A stretch of 64,000 bases of DNA from Mycobacteriales bacterium (lineage in GTDB: Bacteria > Actinomycetota > Actinomycetes > Mycobacteriales > Mycobacteriaceae): assembly GCA_018376445.1 (NCBI GenBank), contig JAHABL010000001.1, positions 278,111-342,110 of the forward strand, read 5' to 3'. Every line of letters begins with the position of its first letter. Positions within the stretch are counted from its first letter, which is position 1. This document shows, piece after piece, positions 1-9,698 of this stretch. The notes under the pieces were generated by a model. That model saw only the letters and a list, made by a program, of their open reading frames with translations. It ran no database searches and was not told where the DNA came from. The position numbers and the translations under genes are program-made.

Positions 1-1585
1 GGGTGGGGAAATCGATCGCAGCGAACGGCAAAGGAGGCACGATAACCTTGATCTGTTCTTCGGTGACTTTGAGATAGAAGGGGACGACGGGGTCTTCGTC
101 AATGTTTTCCGCGAGGAAGGCATCCAGGGCAGGGTCTTGAGCGCGCTGTTCGAGGACCTCGGGGGGGAATGAGCAAAGCGGCTTTGTAGTAGCGAGGTTC
201 GTCATCTAGGCCGAAGGCGCGGCTGAACAGGCGTTGCGATAAGGGGCTTGCGAGGCGTCCGTAGGCGGTGGCGATGGTCATGTGGTAGGTGCGGCCAGTT
301 CCCCAGGCGTTGTGGGGTCCGCCCGCTTCGGCGTCTTCCGAAGTGTTGTAGACGGTGGCTTCTACCGGGTGGCTCGTGGCGGCATAGGCGAAGTGGGGAA
401 GTTTTACGCGCACATTCTGTTGCCGTAGAGGCGGCCTTCGTAGCTGTAGGGTGAGGGGTCGGCGAGAGTGTCGGACGTCCGGTCGGTAGGGCTGTTGTTG
501 AGGATGGTGCCTTGTAGTGGTTGCCCGGTGGCGGTGAAGCCCCATTCCTCGTCGAGCAGCATCTTGTGCCAGTAGCCGGTGTGGCCGGCGTGCTCCCCTT
601 CGACGCGCAGTTCGCGGTTCTCGGCGCCGGGTGCAGTGGAGTGGATGGAGATCCGGTCGGTGATGGTGCCAGGGATCTTACTGTGGTGTAGCCATTCCTG
701 TGGGGGTAATTTGATGGGGGCGGTGCGGAAGTTGATGCGGTGTTCTTTCCAGGAGCCGCTTCCTTTGCGTTCGGGTTTTCCTACCCACGTGTAGCGGAAT
801 TGGGCAGGGTCGCCGCCGGCGAGGTCAACGTCGTAGAGGCGGGTGTACATGTCCCCGTACTTGTTGGTGATGAAGGTGGTGGAGGCGGCCGACGACAGGG
901 AGTGGACGAGGAAGCGGCAGTCCTCGGGGGTGCCGACCTCGTAGGAGTAGTCGCGGGTGAGCCAGGGGTCGCAGGAGATGATGTGTTGTCCGTTGCCGGC
1001 GAGGAAGAGTACTTGGGTGAGTCCGGCGAAGGAGACGGGGTGAACGCGACCGTCACCGTCGATGTAGGTTTGGTCCTCACTGGCGCTGATGACGGAGAGC
1101 ACCCATTGCCCAGGGGTGGTGTTGGCAATTTGGAAGCCGTCGAAGATTCGGCCGGGCCCGCCCCAGGCGCGGATCCACACGAACTCTTCGGGTTCTTTGA
1201 GGGTGCCTTTCATGGTGTAGAGCCAGCCGTCTGCGTCAACACCTACTAGACGGTCGGCATCGAGGGAGATTCCGATGAGAGTATCGTCAAAGCCTTCCGG
1301 CATGGGGGCGTAGCGCCACGGTTCGTCTGTCTCTCGGTGGCGCATGTAGAGGGTGCCGTCGAGAAGGGTCATTTCCCAGTGCCGGTTGAAGCTGGAGGTG
1401 TTGTCCCGTAAATCGATGCGGGTGGGTAGCCGCGGGTCGGTCGCTACAGGGAGGTCTGCGAAAGGCTGTTGGTAGCTGAGGTCCGTGTCGTCTTTGATGC
1501 GGACGGGGATGATGGTGTTGGGGCCGTCACTGGTGGGGCGGAAGGGCGTATTTGGGTGCGGGGTACGTCCGGGGGTAGTCGTCAT
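1..1585 (-). pseudogene. Decayed paralogue of the downstream secreted-protein gene. The reading frame is broken at least twice (near 425-440 and at the G7 tract 161-167). The 3' end runs off the window.
   Basis: ORFs 404..1585, 99..545 and a third frame from 205 downward each align in turn with consecutive parts of the 1898..3583 protein (RVDMRDNTSS.., ITNKYGD.YTR.., LPHFAY.., NPALAAF..). The frame shifts occur within otherwise collinear homology. No signal peptide is present. Confidence 0.5.
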
Positions 1586-1694
1586 CTCGTCCTCTATGTG
1601 GATAGTGTAAAGGTGGTGGGGCTGGGGTGGGAGAGCCTTCCGGAGTGGGAGATGACGTCGGGGTGGCGCTCAGCCCGCCTCCTCTCAGTCTACC

Positions 1695-1792
1695 TATAAC
1701 GGCCAGCTCTTCCCCGCTAGCACTGCAGCGCAGTCGGCGGATGGTGCCGGCCGGAGTGGCTCTGCAGGCGTGGGGGAAGAGCTAGCCGTTAT
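1695..1792. repeat. Large imperfect inverted repeat with 20-bp arms (TATAACGGCCAGCTCTTCCCC / GGGGAAGAGCTAGCCGTTAT) and a spacer of about 57 nt. It lies between the two tandem paralogues. It may be a terminator or a REP-like structure.
   Basis: Reverse-complement match read directly from the sequence. The spacer contains two CTGCAG palindromes. Confidence 0.5.
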
Positions 1793-1897
1793 GGTGGGAG
1801 TCCGCCCCGTCCGGGAAAGGGCGGAGTTTGTGCGGTGCTGCTCAGGTGGGTTGCGGTGCAGGTGAGTTTAGACTGGCACACCCAACTCGGGCAGGGG

Positions 1898-3583
1898 TTA
1901 GTAGCGGTCGAGTTCGGCCACCTGGGGGGTGAGGGAGATTCCGGGGACGAGCGGGTTGAGAAGAGTCATCGTGTCAGATGTGACGGTCATGTACATCGTG
2001 TGGGTGCGCTCACCTCGCAAATAACTCTTCACAAAGGCGGCCAATGCGGGGTTGCTATGCTGTGCCGTCCAGACTGCGGAGGGCAGTTCGAAGGCGATGG
2101 CGTAGCGGCGTGGCTGTTGGGTCACTCCGTATGAGTGTGCAAAGAGTTCTTGGCTTGCCATTGTCCCTAGTCGTCCGTAGACCGTGTGCATGGTGATGGG
2201 GTAGCTCTTCCCTCCGACGGTGAGAGTGACCGGCTGATGCGGGGATTGGTAGGCGAAGTGGGGAACGGTGAGGGAGGCGTTGGCGGACAGCTTACCCCGG
2301 TAGTTCAACGGGGAGGAGGGGGCGAGGGTGTCCATGGTCCGATCACGTGGACTGTTCTCAAGTAGTGTGCCGCGGAGTGGAAGCCTGGTGGGGACAAAGG
2401 TCCAGCGGCGGTCGTTGAGCATCTTCTTCCAGTAGCCGGTGACGCCATTCTTGCGTCCCTCAACCTTGAGGAGGCGGTGAGCGGAGCCTACTGCTACGGA
2501 TTCCACCGAGAGTCGGTCGGTGATCTCACCGGGGATCTTCGGTTGTTGAGTCCAGTCGGGGACGGGGATGCGGATCTTTGGAGTACTGGGGTTGAGTCGC
2601 TGGTCGAACCAGTCCTCTGCCTCGTGGCGGGAGGTGTCTTTGGTGAAGGTGTAGCGGAACTGTGCGGGGTCGCCGCCGGAATAGTCGTAGTCCCACATGC
2701 GGGTATAGAGATCGCCATACTTGTTGGTGATGAGGGCGACGGAGCCGGAGGCAGAAACAGATCGGGCGATGAAACGGGACTGTACTGGGGTGCCCCATTC
2801 GTAGCTGTAGTCGTTGGGAAGCCACGGGTCGTGAGAGAAGAGGTGACGGCCGTCGGGGCTGAGCTCCAATATCTGGGTGCAGCCGGCGAGGGAGATGTGG
2901 TGGGTCACGCCGTCTTTGTCGGTGTAGTACTTGTCGTCATTAACATTGATGATGGAGAGGGACCATTGGCCGGAGTGTGTGTTGGCCATTTGGAAACCAT
3001 CTTCGGTGCGGAGGAGGCTGCCCCAGGCGGTCTTCCAGTACCATTCGTCAGTGTCTTCTTGGGCCTCGAACATGGTGTAGACCCAACCGTTTTTGTCGAG
3101 CGCAACGATTTCTTCAGCGTCCATGGAGACCCCGATGAGCTGGCCGCGCATGCAGCTGGGCATGGGAGCGAGGCGCCATTCTTTTGTGCTGTGGCGGGGG
3201 CGGGTATAGAGCTGCCCGTCTTTCAGCGTGACCTCCCACTCTCGGTTGTAGGAGCTGGTGTTGTCCCGCATGTCGACGCGGGTGGGGAGCCCAGCGACGC
3301 GGGCGAGAGGGAGCTCGTCGAAATCTTCAGCGTTGGTCGCTTCGGGTTCATCATCGTGCACGGGGACACAGCTGAGCGGGGCGCCTTTGCGTGCTGGGCG
3401 GGGCGGTTGGCCCGGCCAGTCGGGGTAGGTGGCGTGCTGCGTGTGGGCAGCGTGGAGGGCGGCGCCGGTGGAGGCGCCGAGGAGGGGGGTGGGAGCAGCG
3501 GTGGCTAGTGGAGAGGCCAGGAGAGAAACGCCCAGAGAGAGGACGGAGGCAGCGGCAAGTGCGCCGGTGCGAGAGGAATGCAT
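1898..3583 (-). CDS. Secreted hypothetical protein, the intact paralogue of 1..1585. The likely start is the ATG at 3583 (MHSSRTGALAAASVLSLGVSLLASP..).
   Basis: Long ORF with an N-terminal signal peptide. About 55% collinear identity to the upstream disrupted copy. No recognised catalytic motif. Confidence 0.7.
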   Translation of the reverse strand: MHSSRTGALAAASVLSLGVSLLASPLATAAPTPLLGASTGAALHAAHTQHATYPDWPGQPPRPARKGAPLSCVPVHDDEPEATNAEDFDELPLARVAGLPTRVDMRDNTSSYNREWEVTLKDGQLYTRPRHSTKEWRLAPMPSCMRGQLIGVSMDAEEIVALDKNGWVYTMFEAQEDTDEWYWKTAWGSLLRTEDGFQMANTHSGQWSLSIINVNDDKYYTDKDGVTHHISLAGCTQILELSPDGRHLFSHDPWLPNDYSYEWGTPVQSRFIARSVSASGSVALITNKYGDLYTRMWDYDYSGGDPAQFRYTFTKDTSRHEAEDWFDQRLNPSTPKIRIPVPDWTQQPKIPGEITDRLSVESVAVGSAHRLLKVEGRKNGVTGYWKKMLNDRRWTFVPTRLPLRGTLLENSPRDRTMDTLAPSSPLNYRGKLSANASLTVPHFAYQSPHQPVTLTVGGKSYPITMHTVYGRLGTMASQELFAHSYGVTQQPRRYAIAFELPSAVWTAQHSNPALAAFVKSYLRGERTHTMYMTVTSDTMTLLNPLVPGISLTPQVAELDRY

Positions 3584-3800
3584 GAGATTCTCCCAAAGTC
3601 CGTTGCGGTTTATGGAATTGTGTAAAAACACTCTGTCGTCCTCATCGTTCTCTCTTTTGGTCAGCTTTCCTAGAGCGGTAGGCACAATGTTGCCTTACCT
3701 AAAAAAGTGGGTGCACACTACGGACGTAACGGCGTGGTGATAGCAAGAGTGATACTGGTGCGTCGGTGAATGCGTCTGGACGTGCCGGGGTGCGTTTGCG

Positions 3801-6458
3801 GTGAGGAGAAGTCTGGCCAGGGTTGGGGTTAAGGTTAAGGGCGTGCGCATCCTGCTTGTGGATCATCATGATTCCTACACACACATTCTGGGGCACCTCT
3901 TGTACCGTGCTGGCCAGCAGTTAGGTTATGCCGTGGAGGTGGATATTGTTCCCCATGATTGCCCATCGTGGCAGGCTGGGCGAAAGGACAAGGTGTTCCG
4001 CTACCACTTGGTGGTGCTCTCCCCGGGTCCGGGAAACCCTTTGGTAGCAACAGATGTGGGAGTTTCCAGGGAGCTTTTGCTGGAACCGGTTCCAGTGTTG
4101 GGTGTGTGCTTAGGACATCAGCTGATGGCAGTGTCCCAGGGGGCTCAGTTGCGACCTGACCATGTACCGCACCATGGGGTAGTGTCGCAGGTTCGTCACC
4201 ATTGTGACGGTATCTGGGAGGGGGTGGCACCCTCGGCACAGGTGGTGCGTTATCACTCGTTAGCGGTGGTGGAGCCGCTCCCGGAGGGGGTAGAGGCAAC
4301 ATCCTGGGCAGAGGACGGCACTGTGATGTCGTTACAGTACGAGTCGGTTGGGGCACCACGCTGGGGGGTGCAGTTTCACCCAGAATCCATAGATTCCACC
4401 TGCGGGCTGCAGCTGGCGATGAATGTGCTGAGGCTGGCCCACCAGTGGTGGGGGACGCGCCGTGCGGCAGTGTCGGCTTCCGTTCCGGTGGTGGAGGGAA
4501 TAACTGCGGTGCAGTTGGCCGAGGTGCTGCGGTGTGCGCTGCAGGAGGGGGAGAGTTTCCGCTGGCTAGATGACAGTTTGGGGGAGACGACGAGTCTTTT
4601 GGCGATTTGCGGCGAGCCCGGAGGGTTGCCTGCCATCACCCCAGCGTGCCCTCCGTACCCCTACTCCGGCTGGATTGGGGTGCTGCCCTATGAGGTAGAC
4701 GGAGCAGATTTTGCCCATACCCGTGTGGTGGCATGGGGGAGTGGCACTCGTTGGCAGTTGGCAGGGGAGGACGCGGAGCGTGTTGCGGCACTGCGGAAAC
4801 GTGCCGCCGCGTGTGATGTCGCTGCACGCCGTGCCGATGCGGAACAGGCGGAAGAGCTGGGCAGGAGGAGCGCCTCTGAAGTCGCTGAGTTAGCGTCGAC
4901 TATCGGCGCCCTTGCGCTCAGTCCAGGACGGTACCGTCGCTCATTTGCGGACTGCCAGAACGCGCTATCTCGTGGGGAGAGCTACGAAGTGTGTCTGACA
5001 GATGTGCTGCGGCTGCCACGTCGGCTTACCCTCAACCCGTGGGAGGCTTATCTGCGGTTACGGCACACCTGCCCAACGTCTTTTGGGGCGTTTATGCAGC
5101 TGGCCGGAGGCCCAGTGGAGGCCATTGTCTCTGCTTCTCCCGAGCTTTTCTTACAGATCAGTGTGGATGGCAGTATTACTACTCGCCCCATGAAGGGAAC
5201 GGCGGAACGGTGCCTCTCGGACCCTGTTGTGGATCGCGAGCGGGCGCTTGACCTGCAGCAGGATCCCAAGACGCGCGCGGAAAACTTGATGGTTATTGAT
5301 ATGGCTCGCAGTGATGTGGCGCGTGTGTGCCAACCGGGTAGCGTCACCGTCCCGCAGGATAGGGTCGTGGAGAGCTACCGCACCGCGCACCAGCTGGTGA
5401 CGGAAGTGACGGGTCGGCTCCGCCCGAAATGCAGCGCCGTGGAGGCGATTCGGGCGTGTTTCCCGCCTGCGAGTATGACGGGTGCCCCGAAGGAACGGAC
5501 TGTCCAGCTGCTCCGAGACATTGAGAGGCAGAATCGCGGAATCTACTCCGGCACTTTAGGTTTCCTCGGTGATGACGGATCCGCTTCGCTGTCTGTGGTC
5601 ATCCGCTCCGCCTGGTTTACGCGCGCTGGGGAAGTTTTCGTGGGGGCGGGTGGCGCCATTACCGCAGAGTCGTCCTGCAACGACGAGTATGCGGAGATGC
5701 TGCACAAGGCTAGCTATGTGGTGGGGTCAATACTCGATCCGGCAGCATGGACTCCGCGAGTAGTGGACTCGTTTTACCTCCGTGACGGTGTCTTCGCGCA
5801 ACAGCTCACTACGGGCTTTGCGGGCTTCCGTCAAGGCAATGGGGGAGATGGAGACAGCCGGGCCCGAGAGCTCCATCAGCAGCGTTTCGTGGCGGGTGTG
5901 CAGAACCTTTATGGCCCCGCCGCAGCGGCGAAGGCCGCGGAGTTCTACGCGCAGTGTTGTGCCGCGCTTCCCTCCACTGGTGAGTTCTTCCCGCAAATCT
6001 GTTGGGAGGCAACAGGTGGTAGTGCTCAACTGACTCGTCCATGCCCACCCAGGTACACCCACATTGTCGGTCTCATCGGAAGTGCGGTCTGTTTCACCGA
6101 CCGATATGCGCGGCTGGTCCTCCCGCGCATTAAGGGGCCCGATATGCCGGTTTACGGGGAGCTGCGCGCCCTCGCCGGAAAGCAGGGAGCGCAGGAAGTG
6201 GTGCTGGTTGACCGATGGGGAATGGTACGGGAGGGAAGCCATTCGGCAATTCTGTGGTGGGACGGGGACACACTCTGTGGACCACCGCACGATGCAGTGA
6301 TGCCATCCACGATGCGCCTGCTCGTGGAAGAGGAAGCACGCTCCCAAGGCTATGCGGTGGAAGAACGCTGGTTGGCAGCGACAGAGCTGCCCCACTACCG
6401 GGTATGGTCTGTTAACGCGCTTCATGGGGTGCGCGAAATCGACCGCTGGGTTGAGTAG
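3801..6458 (+). CDS. pabABC: Trifunctional para-aminobenzoate synthase fusion. It combines a glutamine amidotransferase (PabA), aminodeoxychorismate synthase component I (PabB) and a C-terminal aminodeoxychorismate lyase-like class IV aminotransferase domain (PabC). The start could alternatively be the GTG at 3843.
   Basis: N-terminal GATase motifs (ILLVDHHDSYTH, GVCLGHQ, QFHPES). Central chorismate-binding motifs (SPELFLQISVDGSITTRPMKGT, DPKTRAENLMVIDMARSDV, PKERT..IERQNRGIYSGTLG). The C-terminal 250 aa align with the PabC fold (VVLVDRWGMVREGSHSAILWWDGDTLCGPP). Confidence 0.85.
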   Translation: MRRSLARVGVKVKGVRILLVDHHDSYTHILGHLLYRAGQQLGYAVEVDIVPHDCPSWQAGRKDKVFRYHLVVLSPGPGNPLVATDVGVSRELLLEPVPVLGVCLGHQLMAVSQGAQLRPDHVPHHGVVSQVRHHCDGIWEGVAPSAQVVRYHSLAVVEPLPEGVEATSWAEDGTVMSLQYESVGAPRWGVQFHPESIDSTCGLQLAMNVLRLAHQWWGTRRAAVSASVPVVEGITAVQLAEVLRCALQEGESFRWLDDSLGETTSLLAICGEPGGLPAITPACPPYPYSGWIGVLPYEVDGADFAHTRVVAWGSGTRWQLAGEDAERVAALRKRAAACDVAARRADAEQAEELGRRSASEVAELASTIGALALSPGRYRRSFADCQNALSRGESYEVCLTDVLRLPRRLTLNPWEAYLRLRHTCPTSFGAFMQLAGGPVEAIVSASPELFLQISVDGSITTRPMKGTAERCLSDPVVDRERALDLQQDPKTRAENLMVIDMARSDVARVCQPGSVTVPQDRVVESYRTAHQLVTEVTGRLRPKCSAVEAIRACFPPASMTGAPKERTVQLLRDIERQNRGIYSGTLGFLGDDGSASLSVVIRSAWFTRAGEVFVGAGGAITAESSCNDEYAEMLHKASYVVGSILDPAAWTPRVVDSFYLRDGVFAQQLTTGFAGFRQGNGGDGDSRARELHQQRFVAGVQNLYGPAAAAKAAEFYAQCCAALPSTGEFFPQICWEATGGSAQLTRPCPPRYTHIVGLIGSAVCFTDRYARLVLPRIKGPDMPVYGELRALAGKQGAQEVVLVDRWGMVREGSHSAILWWDGDTLCGPPHDAVMPSTMRLLVEEEARSQGYAVEERWLAATELPHYRVWSVNALHGVREIDRWVE

Positions 6459-6497
6459 AGCTGCACGCGCACAGGTGGGTGAGGTGAGCTGGAGAGC

Positions 6498-7346
6498 TTA
6501 GTCGCGAGGCGGGAGCTCCCCCAGGTTGATCGCGCGCAACACTTGGTCGTGGAGGAGAGCGTTGGTGGCGACGGCCTCGCCGGAATGCGGTCCGGGACGC
6601 CCATCCAGAGAGCTGAAACGTCCGCCGGCTTCGCGTACCAGAATGTCGAGAGCGGCGAGATCCCACAGACAGACCTCAGGCTCTGCGGCGACGTCTACCG
6701 CACCTTCCGCCATCAGACAGTAGGAGAAAAAGTCTCCGTAGCCGCGCATGCGCCACGAGTAATTCATCATATTGATGAAGTTGTCCATGAGGTTTTTGCG
6801 CTTCCACCCGATGAGGCTGGAGAAGGAAATAGAGGCGTGGCGTAGTTCGCTCACTTCGGAGACGTGAATCTGTTTGGCAGGGGAGTTGGCGGAGCAGCGG
6901 TAAGCCCCTGCGCCTTCTGCTGCCCACCAGCGTCGTTGTAGAGCAGGGGCGGAGATCACACACATGCGGGGGATTCCATCCACCATAAGGGCGATAAGGG
7001 TGGCCCAGGTGGGGACGCGACGGACAAAATTTTTCGTGCCATCGATGGGATCGATGACCCACTGGCGTCCGACGTAGTCGGCGTTACCCCCGAACTCTTC
7101 ACCCACAATGTCATCTGTAGGGCAGTGGTCGTTGAGGTAGGTACGGATGGCGCGTTCGACGGCAAGGTCCGCATCAGAGACCGGGGTAAGGTCCGGCTTC
7201 GCCTTCACCTTGAGGTTGTCCGCCTCGAAGCGGTCCATGGTGATGCTGTCGGCAATGTTCGCCAGCTCCCAGGCAACACGCAGGTCGTCCTGATACTCGC
7301 CTTCCAGACCAGGAAGGGCGTCGACGGCAGGTGGGTAGGCGTTCAC
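6498..7346 (-). CDS. Inositol monophosphatase family protein (HisN/ImpA/SuhB-like; possibly histidinol-phosphate phosphatase).
   Basis: IMPase motifs [12 protein letters not shown] and [10 protein letters not shown]. About 280 aa. Lies near prfB, as hisN does in corynebacteria. Confidence 0.8.
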   Translation of the reverse strand: MNAYPPAVDALPGLEGEYQDDLRVAWELANIADSITMDRFEADNLKVKAKPDLTPVSDADLAVERAIRTYLNDHCPTDDIVGEEFGGNADYVGRQWVIDPIDGTKNFVRRVPTWATLIALMVDGIPRMCVISAPALQRRWWAAEGAGAYRCSANSPAKQIHVSEVSELRHASISFSSLIGWKRKNLMDNFINMMNYSWRMRGYGDFFSYCLMAEGAVDVAAEPEVCLWDLAALDILVREAGGRFSSLDGRPGPHSGEAVATNALLHDQVLRAINLGELPPRD

Positions 7347-7448
7347 TGCCAGCTTCTCCTCTGTTACGGCTCGGGGAGTCTATCGTCCCGATGCAGCTCG
7401 CATGGTTTCTTAAGGCTAGCCTACTCCAGCCGTTGGAGGATACTGGGC

Positions 7449-8300
7449 TTAGTCGCCACGAAGTGCCGCAGCAGCTTCCTCGACGAGGTGTGGTGCGCCA
7501 GCGAGTGTCCATATTTCCCCGGCTGCTTCAACGTCCTGTACGGCTCCACCGACTCCGAGGACGAGGGCGGCGCCGGGCAGGCGATCCCAGTCGGGGAGGC
7601 GGTGTTGCATCCACAGGTCGGTGTCGCCTTCAGCAACCGACGCGAGGTCGACAGAGGCGGAGCCCATCATGCGGTAGGTGGCGGAGCGGCCAATAACCCG
7701 CAGGAAAGCAGCGTAAATGTCGGGGTCTTGGTAGAAGGTGGGGTGTAGGTAGGTGTTGATGCAGGCGGCCGCCAGGTTGTCTCGGTGGGGTCGTCCGGTT
7801 TCTCCAAAGTGAGGGAGGGGTTGTCCATTGCGGGTGGTGGGGATGTTTGGGCCGCCCATCCAGAGCGTGTGGGTGCAGGGTTGGTAGACAGCGCCTGCGG
7901 TGACGTTTGTGGAGGGCGAGAGGTAGCGGTCGCGGTTACTGAACCGTGCAGGGTTGGTGGGGTCCTGTTCGGTGAAGGCGATGGCGGAGCACCAGTATTC
8001 GAAGTTGTTGGCGAAGTTGTAGGTGCCGTCAACGGGGTCGATGGTCCAGCGAGTTCCGCTGGTGCCGAGGTGGGTGGTGCCTTCTTCGCCGAATACTGCG
8101 TCGGCGGGGCGTTGGTCGTGGAGGGTGGTGACGACGTAGTCTTCCGCAGCGCGGTCGGCTTGTGTGACGACGTCGGAGATGGAAGTTTTGGTGTCGATGG
8201 TGAGGCCGCCCGCACGGAGAGAGAGGGCGAGGTTTCCGGCGGTGTGGACGAGGTTGGCTGCGAGATACAGATTGCTTGTCGTCGTGTTCACGCTTTCCAC
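7449..8300 (-). CDS. Second inositol monophosphatase family protein, a tandem paralogue of 6498..7346.
   Basis: WTIDPVDGTYNF and AVFGEEG motifs. Confidence 0.75.
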   Translation of the reverse strand: MESVNTTTSNLYLAANLVHTAGNLALSLRAGGLTIDTKTSISDVVTQADRAAEDYVVTTLHDQRPADAVFGEEGTTHLGTSGTRWTIDPVDGTYNFANNFEYWCSAIAFTEQDPTNPARFSNRDRYLSPSTNVTAGAVYQPCTHTLWMGGPNIPTTRNGQPLPHFGETGRPHRDNLAAACINTYLHPTFYQDPDIYAAFLRVIGRSATYRMMGSASVDLASVAEGDTDLWMQHRLPDWDRLPGAALVLGVGGAVQDVEAAGEIWTLAGAPHLVEEAAAALRGD

Positions 8301-8427
8301 GGTAGCGGCTTGCGCGGAGTTTTTCGAGGGCGTCTGGAGGAGAGGGGAGGAGGTAGGACAGAAGATTGGTCAGGGGATGTGCCCGGGGCGGGTAAGCGGG
8401 GGTGCGGCTCTGTAGTGAGGGCTGGTG

Positions 8428-9606
8428 CTAGTGGTGGATTTGCGTGACGAGGGTGACGAGCTGTGTCCGGTTGAGTTTGCCGTTGCTGCGGTGTGGTAGT
8501 TGGGGGAGGTAGATGACGTTTTTGGGAATGGAGTAGTGGCCGAAGGTGGGTTCGAGCAAGGCGTTGAGTTCTTCCAGTGTGGGGGCTGTGGTGGCGTTGG
8601 TGGGGACGATAACGGCGGTGACGCACTGTCCGAAGTGCGGGTGGGGGAGGCCGATAACAGCACATTCCTTGACGCCGGGATGGGTGTAGAGTGCGGCTTC
8701 TAGGGGTTGGGGGATGACGATGATGCCGCCGCTGTTGATGGCCTCGTCGAGGCGTCCGTCGATGATGAGGCGTCCGGCGTCGTCCCAATGACCGAGGTCG
8801 TGGGTGTGGTACCAACGTTGGCCGTCGTCGTAGGTCCAGTCGGGGTGGGTGGCCTTTCCCACGTATCCGTCGGCGAGGGTGGCTCCGCTGATGCTCACTC
8901 GGTGGGTGGTGGGATCGATGCGGAGCTGAGTGGCGGGGCCGGGGCGGCCGTTGAAGAGCACTCCGCCAGCGACTTCGGAACTGCCGTAGCCGCGCACGAT
9001 AGTGAGTCCTGCGCGGGTGAGGAAGGTGTTGATGTGATCGGGGAGGGGAGCGCCACCGGAGAGGATCGCGTCGAGGTGGGAACAGGAAGCGAGGGCTTCT
9101 TCTGCAATGCGTCTGGTGGGGAGGTGGGAGGAGTGGAGGCCGTGGTAGAGGGTGTCGAGTTGGCTTGGGACGAGTGAGGCGTAGTGGCGTCGGTGCGAGG
9201 TGGTGCTGCCGTCGCGGAGTTCGGCGATGGCGGCGGGGAGATCCGCTAGGTGGAAGCCATTCTCTATGGGGATGGTGACAGGGTCGTATCCGGCGTGGAG
9301 GCTGCGGAGGAGGACTTGCATGCCGATGATGTGGTGGGCGGGGACGGCGAGGAGCCAGCGTCCGGGGCCGCCGAGTGCCGCGTGGGTGCTGTCGATGGCG
9401 GCGCGGAGTGCGGCGGCGGAGAGGCGGGCACCTTTGGGGGTTCCGGTGGTGCCGGAGGTGGCCATGATGAGGGCGCTGCCGGGAGAAGGGTGTCCAACGA
9501 AGTGTCTGTGCAGGCGCTCGGCCTCGGAGGGGTTAGGGGGGAGGGCGAGGAGTGGCGGGGTGGTGCCGTGGAGGCAGTCTCGCAGTACAGGGTAGATTGA
9601 GGCCAT
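8428..9606 (-). CDS. AMP-dependent synthetase/ligase, short form (o-succinylbenzoate-CoA ligase MenE-like). The ORF track extends to 9828. The likely start is MASIYPVL at 9606.
   Basis: ATSGTTGTPKGARLS P-loop-like AMP-binding motif. About 390 aa. Further motifs: GYGSSE, IDGRLDEAINSGG. Confidence 0.65.
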   Translation of the reverse strand: MASIYPVLRDCLHGTTPPLLALPPNPSEAERLHRHFVGHPSPGSALIMATSGTTGTPKGARLSAAALRAAIDSTHAALGGPGRWLLAVPAHHIIGMQVLLRSLHAGYDPVTIPIENGFHLADLPAAIAELRDGSTTSHRRHYASLVPSQLDTLYHGLHSSHLPTRRIAEEALASCSHLDAILSGGAPLPDHINTFLTRAGLTIVRGYGSSEVAGGVLFNGRPGPATQLRIDPTTHRVSISGATLADGYVGKATHPDWTYDDGQRWYHTHDLGHWDDAGRLIIDGRLDEAINSGGIIVIPQPLEAALYTHPGVKECAVIGLPHPHFGQCVTAVIVPTNATTAPTLEELNALLEPTFGHYSIPKNVIYLPQLPHRSNGKLNRTQLVTLVTQIHH

Positions 9607-9698
9607 GTGGGCGTATGGAGGTAGCGGTAATGCTTCGATGAGGTCCTGCACAGCGCCATTATTGAACAGTGTGTAGGAGAATGCAATATGCTCGCTAT

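Noticed and set aside
99-545. Treating 99..545 and 404..1585 as two separate genes.
   Set aside because: Each aligns with consecutive segments of one paralogue (1898..3583). They are pieces of one frameshifted gene.
740-1249. Long antisense ORFs opposite real genes. Examples are 740..1249, 2477..3508, 3835..4359, 5727..6425, 7667..8215, 7785..8447, 8288..8815, 12026..12937, 14641..15183, 15081..15788, 40485..41090, 42640..43215, 43369..43953, 44246..45367, 47477..48136, 56618..57532 and 59568..60134.
   Set aside because: These are typical high-GC shadow ORFs. The opposite strand carries a homology-supported gene in every case. The translations are low-complexity (Gly/Ala/Pro/Arg-rich) with no motifs.
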